Below, in pieces: positions 36,306 to 46,000 of a stretch of 64,000 bases of DNA. Under the pieces are notes generated by a model. It was not told the DNA's origin and searched no databases. It worked only from the letters and a program-made list of their open reading frames with translations. The first letter of the stretch is position 1. Each line of letters opens with the position of its first letter. The DNA comes from Candidatus Hydrogenedentota bacterium (GTDB lineage: Bacteria > Hydrogenedentota > Hydrogenedentia > Hydrogenedentales > SLHB01), in NCBI GenBank assembly GCA_045863295.1, contig BTWA01000032.1, forward strand, positions 1-64,000, given 5' to 3'. The position numbers and the translations under genes were made by a program.

Positions 36306-38480
36306 ATGAAGCAGCATGTCTTCAAAATCCAAGGAATGGATTGCGCGGAGGAAGCGGCCTTACTGCGACGGGCTCTTTCACCGCTTCTTGAAGACGAACG
36401 AGATCTTTCGTTCGATGTACTCCACGCCAAGATGATTCTGACCGGCGATCGGTATTCCACCGAAAACGTAGTAAAAGCGGTCGCCGGAACCGGCCTCAAA
36501 GCGTTGCCCTGGCAAGATACCGCGCAGACTGCGCCCCCATCCGCTTGGTGGGGAAGGCATGGCCGCACCTTGGTGTGCGCCTTTTCGTGCATCCTGCTTG
36601 CCGTGGCGTTTGTTGCTCACGGACTTCAACAAGGATTCTATGCAGCCGTCGCGGCCGGGGAAGGAGGAGGTACCTCTTACCCATGGGCGGCGGTGGCCGC
36701 CTATGCCGCTTCCATAGTACTCAGTGCTTCGTTCTTTGCGCCCAAAGCCTGGGTGGCCGTCCGTTATATGCGTCCGGACATCAATTTGCTTGTAGTGATT
36801 GCGGCGGCAGGCGCGGTGGTCTTGAACAACTGGTTTGAAGCCGCCACCGTGTCGTTACTATTCGCGTTTGCGCTACTGCTGGAATCCTGGAGCGTGGGCC
36901 GGGCGAGACGCGCGATAACAAAACTGATGGATCTCTCGCCTGCGACGGCGCGTTACCGTTGCCCACACGACGGCGACATTTTGGAAAAACCCGTGGATCA
37001 AATCCCACTTGGAGCCAATGTTCTTGTTCGGCCGGGCGAACGCATTCCGCTGGATGGAACCGTGATCCAAGGGTCGACTTCCGTCAATCAGGCGCCCATT
37101 ACAGGCGAGTCGGTGCCGGTGTACAAACAGATAGGCGACCCGGTTTTCGCGGGGAGCGTCAACAACGAAGGCGCTTTCGAATTCCGTGTGGACAAGACCT
37201 CGAGCGATACCACACTCGCGCGAATCATTCACATGGTGGAAGAGGCGCAGTCACGGCGGGCGGTTGCCGAACAATGGGTAGAGTCGTTTGCCCGATACTA
37301 CACGCCGGCCATGATGATCGTAGCGGTGGCAGTGGCGGTGTTGCCACCCATCTTGCTGTCGGCCTCGTGGTCGTACTGGTTCTACGAATCGCTTGTCGTG
37401 TTGCTGATCGCATGTCCGTGTGCGCTGGTGATATCCACGCCGGTTACCATTGTCGCGGGGTTGGCTTCGGCCGCGCGGCACGGCGTACTGATCAAGGGCG
37501 GCGCCTATTTGGAAATCCCAGCCCGCTTGCGTGCGGTCGCCTTGGACAAGACCGGTACGTTGACGTATGGGGAGCCTTCCGTGCGCCGGGTGGTTCCGTT
37601 TAACGGTCATACCGAAGCGGAGTTGCTCGAACGCGCGGCCGCGGTCGAATCGTTGAGCGAACATCCGTTGGCCCGGGCCATCGTGCGCCACGCAGACGAC
37701 AACGGTATTGCTTACGAATCGGCAGGTTCGTACACGACAGTGCCGGGCAAAGGGGCAGAGGCTACTATGGATGGACGCCGCTTCTGGGTCGGCAACGAAG
37801 CCATGGCCCGTGAGTTTGGAAACAGCACGCATGCAGAAGTGAGTGTTCAGGCTGCGTTGTACGAAGAGCGGGGTAATTCCGTCGTCATGATAGGCACGGA
37901 TCGGCACGTGTGTGGACTTATTGCCCTGGAAGATGCCATTCGTCCCAACACCGCGGACGCCATCCGGGTTTTGAAGCGCGACGGCATCGAACATGTCGCC
38001 ATGTTAACGGGGGACAATCACGGAACGGCCGAAGCGTTGGCGAGCAAGGCCGGTGTGGATGAATTTCACGCGGAAATGCTGCCGCAGGATAAGGTCCACG
38101 CGGTGGAAGCCCTGCGCCAACGGTTTGTCCATGTTGCCATGGTCGGAGACGGCATTAACGATGCCCCGGCCATGGCGGCCTCATCTCTCGGTATCGCGAT
38201 GGGAGCGGCGGGCGCCGACGCGGCAATCGAAACGGCGGATGTTGCGTTGATGGCGGATGATTTGACCAAAGTCGCCTGGCTAATCCGGCATTCCCGCCGG
38301 ACCCTCCGCATCGTGCGCCAGAATGTCGTGCTTGCCCTTGGAATCAAAGGCGTGGTCATGCTCTTGGCGATATGCGGGGTCGCGACGTTGTGGCTTGCGG
38401 TACTTTCCGATATGGGTGCGTCGCTTCTTGTCATTTTTAACGGGTTGCGCCTCCTGCGCGATCCCATCAGGTCCACATGA
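36306..38480 (+). CDS. P1B-type heavy-metal (Zn/Cd/Pb) translocating ATPase
   Basis: HMA GMDCAEE, TGES, CPC, DKTGT, EHP, MLTGD, GDGINDAP, SDMG. Confidence 0.95.
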   Translation: MKQHVFKIQGMDCAEEAALLRRALSPLLEDERDLSFDVLHAKMILTGDRYSTENVVKAVAGTGLKALPWQDTAQTAPPSAWWGRHGRTLVCAFSCILLAVAFVAHGLQQGFYAAVAAGEGGGTSYPWAAVAAYAASIVLSASFFAPKAWVAVRYMRPDINLLVVIAAAGAVVLNNWFEAATVSLLFAFALLLESWSVGRARRAITKLMDLSPATARYRCPHDGDILEKPVDQIPLGANVLVRPGERIPLDGTVIQGSTSVNQAPITGESVPVYKQIGDPVFAGSVNNEGAFEFRVDKTSSDTTLARIIHMVEEAQSRRAVAEQWVESFARYYTPAMMIVAVAVAVLPPILLSASWSYWFYESLVVLLIACPCALVISTPVTIVAGLASAARHGVLIKGGAYLEIPARLRAVALDKTGTLTYGEPSVRRVVPFNGHTEAELLERAAAVESLSEHPLARAIVRHADDNGIAYESAGSYTTVPGKGAEATMDGRRFWVGNEAMAREFGNSTHAEVSVQAALYEERGNSVVMIGTDRHVCGLIALEDAIRPNTADAIRVLKRDGIEHVAMLTGDNHGTAEALASKAGVDEFHAEMLPQDKVHAVEALRQRFVHVAMVGDGINDAPAMAASSLGIAMGAAGADAAIETADVALMADDLTKVAWLIRHSRRTLRIVRQNVVLALGIKGVVMLLAICGVATLWLAVLSDMGASLLVIFNGLRLLRDPIRST

Positions 38481-39538
38481 CGGCGCACGAAAAATCACAT
38501 CAAAAAGGTGTCCGCGCGTACACCGCAAGCTCGCGAACTGCAATCGCCGACCGACTCGCCGCGACGCCTTTCGTGCCGGCCTGGTGGCTTCCCGGCGGCC
38601 ATCTGCAAACGGCCTGGGGGCCTCTGTGCAGGCAGAATCCACGCAATCCCATGAGAAAGGAGATTTGGACTACACCGGACGATGATGAACTCAACGTATA
38701 TTTCCGCGACGGTGCTTCCGGCAGGCCTATTGTTCTTCTTTTGCATGGTCTGGAAGGCTCCGTCCAATCCAAATATGTTCAGGGGCTTGTGCGTTCGTTT
38801 AGCCGGTTGGCATGGACCACGGTGGTTATGGAATACCGGACGTGCGACGGCGTAATGAATCGTGCGCAACGAATGTATCACGCAGGCGAGACCAGCGATC
38901 TGGCGTTCGTTATGGAGAATACCCTGCGGCGTTTTCCCGGCTCCGCGTTGTTTCTTTGCGGCATATCCCTTGGCGGCAATATATCCGCGAAGTGGCTTGG
39001 CGAACAGGGAGACACTGTGCCGCCTGCCTTGCTTGGGGCGGCCATGATATCCGCGCCCTATGACTTGGCCCGTTGCGCCGAACACATCGACAGCGTCAGG
39101 GACGGCGTATACGCCCGGTGGTTTCTCAAGTCGCTTATTCCGAAGGCCATTGCCAAAGCGGAACGAGTCCCGGGTGTAATGGACGTGGAAAAGATCCGCA
39201 ACGCCCGCACATTCTGGGAATACGATACCTACGCCACGGCCGCCCTGCACGGGTTTGAGAGCGCGGAAGATTATTGGGCTCGCAGCAGTTGCGGCCAGTT
39301 TCTGCCGTCAATTCGCGTCCCTTCGATGTTTGTCAGCGCCGAAGACGATCCGTTTACTCCCGGCGCGTTGATCCCCAAGCGCGAAATGGAGCAACTGCCC
39401 TTTCTTTATCCACAGATAACGGCTCACGGGGGTCATGTCGGCTTCGTCTCGGGCGCAGCACCGTTTACCGCGCGGTATTGGGTGGAACATCAAGTCCCCG
39501 CGTTTTTTGACGCGCTCGCACAATTGAATGGCGCCTGA
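38477..39538 (+). CDS. YheT family alpha/beta hydrolase
   Basis: GGHLQT, LHGLEGS, GISLGG, DDP, HGGHVGF. Confidence 0.88.
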   Translation: MTAHEKSHQKGVRAYTASSRTAIADRLAATPFVPAWWLPGGHLQTAWGPLCRQNPRNPMRKEIWTTPDDDELNVYFRDGASGRPIVLLLHGLEGSVQSKYVQGLVRSFSRLAWTTVVMEYRTCDGVMNRAQRMYHAGETSDLAFVMENTLRRFPGSALFLCGISLGGNISAKWLGEQGDTVPPALLGAAMISAPYDLARCAEHIDSVRDGVYARWFLKSLIPKAIAKAERVPGVMDVEKIRNARTFWEYDTYATAALHGFESAEDYWARSSCGQFLPSIRVPSMFVSAEDDPFTPGALIPKREMEQLPFLYPQITAHGGHVGFVSGAAPFTARYWVEHQVPAFFDALAQLNGA

Positions 39539-39690
39539 ATTATCACGCGCGCGGGTTGCGCCGCGAGTGTGGGAATGACTACCCTTTCCCGCACTTCGGT
39601 GAGCGCGTGGCGCTCATGGGCGGAAACGCACCTTGGGAATGAAGACTGGAATCGACCGGCGCGCAATCACGGTGGCCGGACGGAGCGAAC

Positions 39691-40515
39691 ATGGCCAATG
39701 TTTTTCGGAGAATTCAGCGCCGCATTCTCATACGGCTTGTGCGGCTTGTCCAGAAGAGTCTGATTCGGTATCAATACGGCATGATCAGCAAATTGCCGAT
39801 CAACGATAACGAACTGCTGTTCTTGAATTACGGTTATTTGGACGGCGAAACCGGTGCGCTGACGTTGAACCCGGAGGAAGAACCGTTTCGAACATCCATT
39901 CACCTGTACCACCGCACAGCGGCCCTGGGATCCCCGCAAGACAAAGACGTGCTCGAAGTCGGTTGCGGCCGCGGCGGCGGATCGGCGCATATCATGCGCG
40001 CGTTCCAGCCGCGGAGCATGACCGCCATTGATCTCTGTGCCTCGGGCATCGACTTTTGCCGGCGGCACTTCGCATCCAGTGGCGTGCGGTATCTTACCGG
40101 TGACGCGGAGTCAATTCCGCTTCCCGACGCGGCATTTGATCTCGTGATAAACGTCGAGTCTTCCCATTGCTATCCCAAACTCGATCGTTTTCTGGCCGAA
40201 GTGCATCGGGTTCTCCGGCCCGGCGGACTCTTCTGCTATACCGACTTTCGCGCAAGAGACCAGATGAACGGATGGCGTGCCGCGCTGGCGGCATCGGGTC
40301 TGGAGATGATCCAAGAAGAGGACATCACCGCCCCCGTCGTTGCGGCCTTGGCGAGTGATAACGAGCGCAAATTGGGGCTTATCGAAACGAAAGTTCCTTT
40401 ACGAATGCGCGACTATTTTGCCAAGTTTGCGGCCATTGAAGGCGCGCCGTTGAACACGGCATTCAAAAACGGCACGGCCCAGTATTGGGTGTTCGTTATG
40501 CGCAAATCACGATAG
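39691..40515 (+). CDS. Class I SAM-dependent methyltransferase
   Basis: FLNYGY, LEVGCGRGGG, GDAESIP, NVESSHCY, RVLRPGG. Confidence 0.88.
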   Translation: MANVFRRIQRRILIRLVRLVQKSLIRYQYGMISKLPINDNELLFLNYGYLDGETGALTLNPEEEPFRTSIHLYHRTAALGSPQDKDVLEVGCGRGGGSAHIMRAFQPRSMTAIDLCASGIDFCRRHFASSGVRYLTGDAESIPLPDAAFDLVINVESSHCYPKLDRFLAEVHRVLRPGGLFCYTDFRARDQMNGWRAALAASGLEMIQEEDITAPVVAALASDNERKLGLIETKVPLRMRDYFAKFAAIEGAPLNTAFKNGTAQYWVFVMRKSR

Positions 40516-41043
40516 AGTTTCGCTTGCGAGTCGAATTTTCTCACGTTCCGCAATCAACTCGTCGCAGGCTGACCGATTCGCAGGTTCCATGACATCGAAT
40601 CCGATTAACTCCCAGCGCGGATCGTCCGGATTCAGTCCCAGGAACTCGATATAACCGCGATCCGCAATAAAGCACTGTCCCAAAGCCGGCAACAGATAGC
40701 CGCCGGATTCCGCCAAATAGTCGCGCGCTTCGTCATGATTGCGGCACCAATTGTGCCAGTAGGCGCTGGAATTGGGCGGACTCCACAGAGTGTCCGCCGC
40801 ATCCTTCAATTTCTTCCAATTGAGGTATCCGTGCTCCCGTGCAATCACGTCAAGCGCATGTTTGTGCTGGACCAGGTGCCGTTCGCGTATGACGGCTTCG
40901 AGCGGCATTCCCTTAAACGGTTGAATGCGTTGAAACCGCATGGCCGCGGCTTCGACTTGCGCGATCGTTGCGCCGTGCAGGTCCTTGACGAGGAGTTCGG
41001 CTGCATTCTTGCATTTGTCTACGGATGGGATTGGGCGTGACAC
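40507..41043 (-). CDS. Conserved-looking hypothetical protein with 'IAREHGYLNWKKLK' motif
   Basis: GTG at 41043 after AAAGGA. Contains PSVDKCKNAAELLVK...ALDVIAREHGYLNWKKLK and LGLNPDDPRWELIGFD. Confidence 0.7.
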   Translation of the reverse strand: MSRPIPSVDKCKNAAELLVKDLHGATIAQVEAAAMRFQRIQPFKGMPLEAVIRERHLVQHKHALDVIAREHGYLNWKKLKDAADTLWSPPNSSAYWHNWCRNHDEARDYLAESGGYLLPALGQCFIADRGYIEFLGLNPDDPRWELIGFDVMEPANRSACDELIAEREKIRLASETLS

Positions 41044-41045
41044 GG

Positions 41046-41175
41046 GATGCGTTCCTTTGTATTGCGTGGACTTGAATCCGCTTGAGTCCACAAAGGAAGA
41101 CACTTATTAAAGACTACGGGTATCGGGGAGTGGTACGACCTTTCGCGGATGAGGCGCCTCCCGGCACCTGACCTG
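41046..41175 (-). ncRNA. Candidate structured cis-regulatory 5' leader RNA
   Basis: Two stem-loop domains between a TTGAGT-18-TACTAT promoter and the start codon; the second stem pairs with the SD. No family assigned. Confidence 0.45.
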
Positions 41176-41227
41176 TGAATAGTACCGCATCGTAGCCCAC
41201 ACACTCAACTCAATCGTTCAAGAGGGT

Positions 41228-42694
41228 TCAGCGACGACGGGATATCGTTTCGTACGCGGCAAGGGCCAGTTTGCGCGCTTCAGCGTGATCGACAACGGGG
41301 GCCGGATAGGTATTGCCAAGCGCGACACCGGCAGACGCCAGCTCGATAGGGGAAGCCTCCCAAGGCTTGTGAATCAAGCCGTCGGGCAGGCTGCAAAGTT
41401 CAGGCACCCACCGGCGAACGTATTCGCCTCGGGGATCAAACTTCTCGCCCTGGCTGACCGGGTTAAACACGCGAAAGTAGGGCGCGGCATCGGCCCCGCA
41501 TCCCGCCGTCCACTGCCATCCCTGCGTGTTGCTAGCCAAATCGGCGTCCACCAAGGTGTCCCAGAACCAGACAGCGCCGTCGTGCCACGATATCAGCAGA
41601 TCCTTGGTCAGGAATGAGGCGACAATCATGCGCACGCGATTGTGCATCCAGCCCGTAGTCCAGAGTTCCCTCATTCCTGCGTCCACAATTGGATATCCGG
41701 TAAGGCCTCGCTGCCAGGCTTTGAGTGCGTGTTCATCTGCTTGCCACGGAAACGCGCGAAAGGCATCACGAAGAGGCTCCCTGGGCAGCGTTGGAAAGTG
41801 ATACAGCAAGTGGTATGAGAATTCACGCCATCCGATTTCGGCGAGGAATTTTTGTGCCGCATCGCTCGTGTCCCGGTCGCGTTCTGCGGCCATGCGGTCA
41901 TGGGTCGCATGCCATATCTGCCGAGGACTGATTTCGCCGAAATGAAGATGGGGAGACAATCGAGACGTTCCGGGCTGACTTGGCGTATCGCGGCGCAAGC
42001 TGTAGTCACCAATGTTTTCGTCCAGAAATGTTTCCAGACGATCCATAGCAGCTACTTCGCCAAATCGCCATGCTGAAGCAATGCCCTTGGCCCACGGAAT
42101 GCGCGGTTCCAGTTTCAGATTGCCGAGTGCGAGCGATCGAGGCCACGTTGAGGGCGTTCTCAAAGAATTGGGCGCGGCCAGTGGATCAGCGGGTTCCGCC
42201 GTTCCCAGACAGGTACGCCAGTACGGCGTGAATACTTGATAGGGGCGCCCTTCCTTCGTCTGAACTTCCCAGGGTTCGAACAACAAGGATGCGTTAAAGG
42301 TGCGGCAATCGATGCCCAGTTCTGTCAGACGATGTTCGACACTGCGATCGCGCGCCAATACCTGCGGCTCGTACCGCCGATTCCAGAATACCACCGTGCC
42401 CCGTGATTCGTGGGCAATCTCGCTCAAGGCAGTCGCGGCCGGACCTTTCCGAATGATTAAACGGCTGCCACGTTTCTCCAGGGATTGACCCAGCGATTCG
42501 AGTGACTGATGCAACCAGTAACGGCTGGCTCCGCCGGGCGCCCACGGGTATTCCTCTTCCGGACACCAGATGTAGACGGGTAAAACCGGGAGGCCGGTGC
42601 GTATGGCTGCGTCTAGTGCCGGATTATCCGCAAGTCTTAAGTCCTGCCGAAACCAAACGATAGCGGCGGCGTCTATATCCCGCTGTTTTGCCAA
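41228..42694 (-). CDS. phrB: Deoxyribodipyrimidine photolyase (class I CPD)
   Basis: WFRQDLRLADNPAL, TSRLSPHLHFGEIS, WREF, TGYPIVDAGMR, MHNRVRM, DADLASN, DAAPYFRVFNP. Probable TTG start at 42694 after AAAGGAG. Confidence 0.93.
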   Translation of the reverse strand: MAKQRDIDAAAIVWFRQDLRLADNPALDAAIRTGLPVLPVYIWCPEEEYPWAPGGASRYWLHQSLESLGQSLEKRGSRLIIRKGPAATALSEIAHESRGTVVFWNRRYEPQVLARDRSVEHRLTELGIDCRTFNASLLFEPWEVQTKEGRPYQVFTPYWRTCLGTAEPADPLAAPNSLRTPSTWPRSLALGNLKLEPRIPWAKGIASAWRFGEVAAMDRLETFLDENIGDYSLRRDTPSQPGTSRLSPHLHFGEISPRQIWHATHDRMAAERDRDTSDAAQKFLAEIGWREFSYHLLYHFPTLPREPLRDAFRAFPWQADEHALKAWQRGLTGYPIVDAGMRELWTTGWMHNRVRMIVASFLTKDLLISWHDGAVWFWDTLVDADLASNTQGWQWTAGCGADAAPYFRVFNPVSQGEKFDPRGEYVRRWVPELCSLPDGLIHKPWEASPIELASAGVALGNTYPAPVVDHAEARKLALAAYETISRRR

Positions 42695-43096
42695 AATCAC
42701 TCCTTTACCCCGATTGTATTCACGGTCAAGGACATTTCCTGTCATGGTGCGCGTTGTCACTTTACTAACTAATTTTGCCTGTTCGTTACAATGATTGAAG
42801 CGATATCACGACTGTGTGTACGACGAATCACACTGAACGTGGTTATTACCTTGCGGAATATTGACCCATACTGTCACAATGCCAGCCAACGTATCCTTTC
42901 AAATCGGGGATTGTGGGGGTATGCGCCGAGGCAACGTGCGGATTCTGGGTGTCATGCTCTCCATTGGCCCGGGAGTCTGCCTGAACTCGCCGGAAACAAA
43001 TCGGCTAGCTTTCATCCCCGGGGGTGGACGGAAGCGGCTACTGATAGTGTTCAGAATCTTCCGAATGCAATCACGCCGCGACGGGAACTGATCTCG

Positions 43097-46000
43097 ATGC
43101 TGGTTTTGAATCTCATACAGAATGTCGCCTTGCTGGTCACGCTCGTTGTCGTCCATCCACTTCTGGCCCGGCGCTTTCGCATACGGTATCCATGGTTTCA
43201 CATACTTTCCGGTTTGCTTTTTGGCGGCGTCTGCGTGATCGGCATGATGGCGCCCGTGCAAATCGCACCGGGCGTCATATTTGACGGACGTTCCATCGTA
43301 CTGAGCGTGGCAGGATTGTTTGGCGGCCCCATCGTTGCGTTGGTTGCCGCGATTGTCAGTGGCTCATATCGTCTGTACATTGGCGGCAGCGGCGCTATTC
43401 CCGGCATCGTGGTCATCGTGGAAGCAACCACGATAGGTCTCGCGTTTAACTACCTGGGCCGACGTGACTCGAAATTCATGTCTCTGTTTTGGTTTTGGGT
43501 GTTGGGTCTTGTCGTGCATGCGGCCATGATCTTTACATTGTTGCTGATGCTGGGCGACCAGCTTGGACCGAACCCAATCCTGAATCTCGGCGCACCCATC
43601 CTCGTTCTCTATCCGATCGCAACCATGGTTATTTGCCGGATTCTCCAGGATTACGAGGAGCGCCTGGAGATTGAGGAAAACCTCAAACAAAGTCAGGAAA
43701 AGTACCGCATTCTTGTGGAAAATGCCGCCGAGGGCATCGTGGTCGTTCAGGACGCCCACATCGTATTTGCGAACGCCGCGTTGGCGACCATTGTTGGTTA
43801 CACGCAGGATGAACTGCTTGTCAGGCCATTCGTCGATTTTGCACACCCCGATGATCGCCGGATGCTGATCGAGCGGCATCAGCTCCGGCTGGAAGGAAAA
43901 GAATTTCCCTCAATAGGCGAGTTGCGAGTCATTCACAAGTCAGGGGCTGTACGCTGGGTCGAGTTGAACGCGGTTCGAATTGAATGGAATTCACGGGTCG
44001 CCGTGCTCAACTTCATCACTGATATTACCAACCGGAAGAGCGCGGAAAAGGCGCTTGCCGAGAGCGGCATTCGCTACAAGTCGGTAGTCGACGCATTGGG
44101 CAGTGCTGTTCTGGTCCACGCTTCCGATGGAACCATCATCGAGTGCAACGCCGCCGCGGAACAGGTACTCGGCATCTCACGAGGTCAAATCTTGGGGTCT
44201 GGCCCGCAGACCTCGGAATGGCCGGCCATATTTGAAGACGGTTCTCCATTTCCCGTGGAAGAATATCCCGTCGTAATCACCCAGCGCACAGGCATTGCGC
44301 AGCACGGCGTCGTTATGGGGTTGACCCGGCCCGACGGCAAACAGATTTGGATCATCATCAATACAGTTCCCTTGTCAGGGCCCAACAGGGACAAACCATT
44401 CGCCGTGGTTTCCAGCCTTGTCGACATTACCGAGTTAAAACGTTTATCGGAAGCGCTCGCTCGGAGCAACGACGAACTGGAATTTATGATCCAGGCATTG
44501 CCCGACCTGCTGTTCCATATGTCCGGCGACGGTACAATTAAGGATTTCCGCGCGCAAGACCCTGCGACGCTTTATCTTCCGCCGGACGAATTTATCGGGC
44601 GAAAGCTGCAAGATGTCCTGCCACCGGATGCCGCCAAAGCGATCTCCGAAGGTCTTGCGGAATTGTACCGAGGCGACAAGATTGTCTCCGTAACGTACAA
44701 GTTGCCCATGCCCAACGGCGACCACTGGTTTGAAGCCCGTTTCAACACGCTTTCGAGTTCCGACGAAGTAGTCGCCCTCGTTCGTAACATTACCGATCGC
44801 AAGCGTGTTGAGGATGCGCTGCTGGAAAACCAGGCGTATCTCGCCGCATTCATTAAACATGCGCCGGCGGCGGTGGCCATGATGGATACGGAATTGCGCT
44901 ATATCGCCTGTTCCGCCCGCTGGATGTCGGACTATGGGATCGAAGGCCGGGATATCGTGGGTATTTCACATTACGAAGTTTTTCCAGAGATTCCTGCACG
45001 GTGGAAGGAAATCCACCGACGTTGCCTCCAGGGGTCCATCGAGCGTTGCGAAGAAGATCCGTTCGCACGAAGTGACGGAACTATTCAGTGGCTGAGTTGG
45101 GAAGTACATCCCTGGTATACAATCGATGGCCGTATCGGCGGATTGATGATGTTCACGCAAGACATCACGCAAAGCCGCCAGGCCGATGAACGGCTCCGGC
45201 ATGAAAGAGAACGTTTCGCGGCGATTATCGAGGCCACCAACATTGGCACGTGGGAATGGAACGTTCAGACGGGCGATGCGATATTCAATGAACGGTGGGC
45301 CACCATTGGGGGATATACGCTGGAGGAATTGGCTCCTCACAGCATCCAAACCTGGATTGATCTCGCGCATCCCGATGACCTTGCCCATTCCATTGATCTT
45401 ATTTCGAAGCACTTCAGCGGGGAGATCCCGTACTACGATTGCGAATGCAGGATGCGGCACAAAGACGGATCCTGGGTGTGGGTCCACGACCGGGGCAAAG
45501 TTACGGAGTGGGGTAGCGACGGTTCTCCGCACGTTATGGCCGGCACGCATACCGACATAACCGGGCGAAAGCAGGCCGACGAGGCACTGAGAGAACTCAC
45601 GGAACGGTTCAAGAAAATCGCGGCACAGGTTCCGGGAGTCGTGTATCAATACAAACTCAGGCAGGACGGGACTTCGTGTTTTCCCTATGCGAGCGAAGGA
45701 ATCCGTTCCATTTATCGCGTCGATCCCGACGACGTCCGGGAGGACGCCAGTGCGGTATTCGAAGTGCTTCATCCCGAGGACTACGACGGCATTGTCGAAT
45801 CCATACAGGTATCCGCCAGAAACATGACAACCTGGCGGCATGAATACCGGGTGAAGTTTCCCGATGGCGATGTGCGCTGGTTGTACGGAAACGCCATACC
45901 GCAGGTAGACACGGACGGCGCAGTGCTATGGCACGGATTTATCTCCGATATTACCGAACAACGCCGGCTGCGAGACGAGACAGAAGCGTTGCAAGGCCAG

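Noticed and set aside
41060..41095. tRNA fragment (minus-strand TTCAAGTCC resembles a T-loop)
   Set aside because: No cloverleaf; the bases belong to a long simple hairpin.
42960..43060. c-di-GMP riboswitch upstream of the hybrid kinase
   Set aside because: Only a vague GGACGGAAGC resemblance; the GNRA-loop/receptor hairpin pair is missing.
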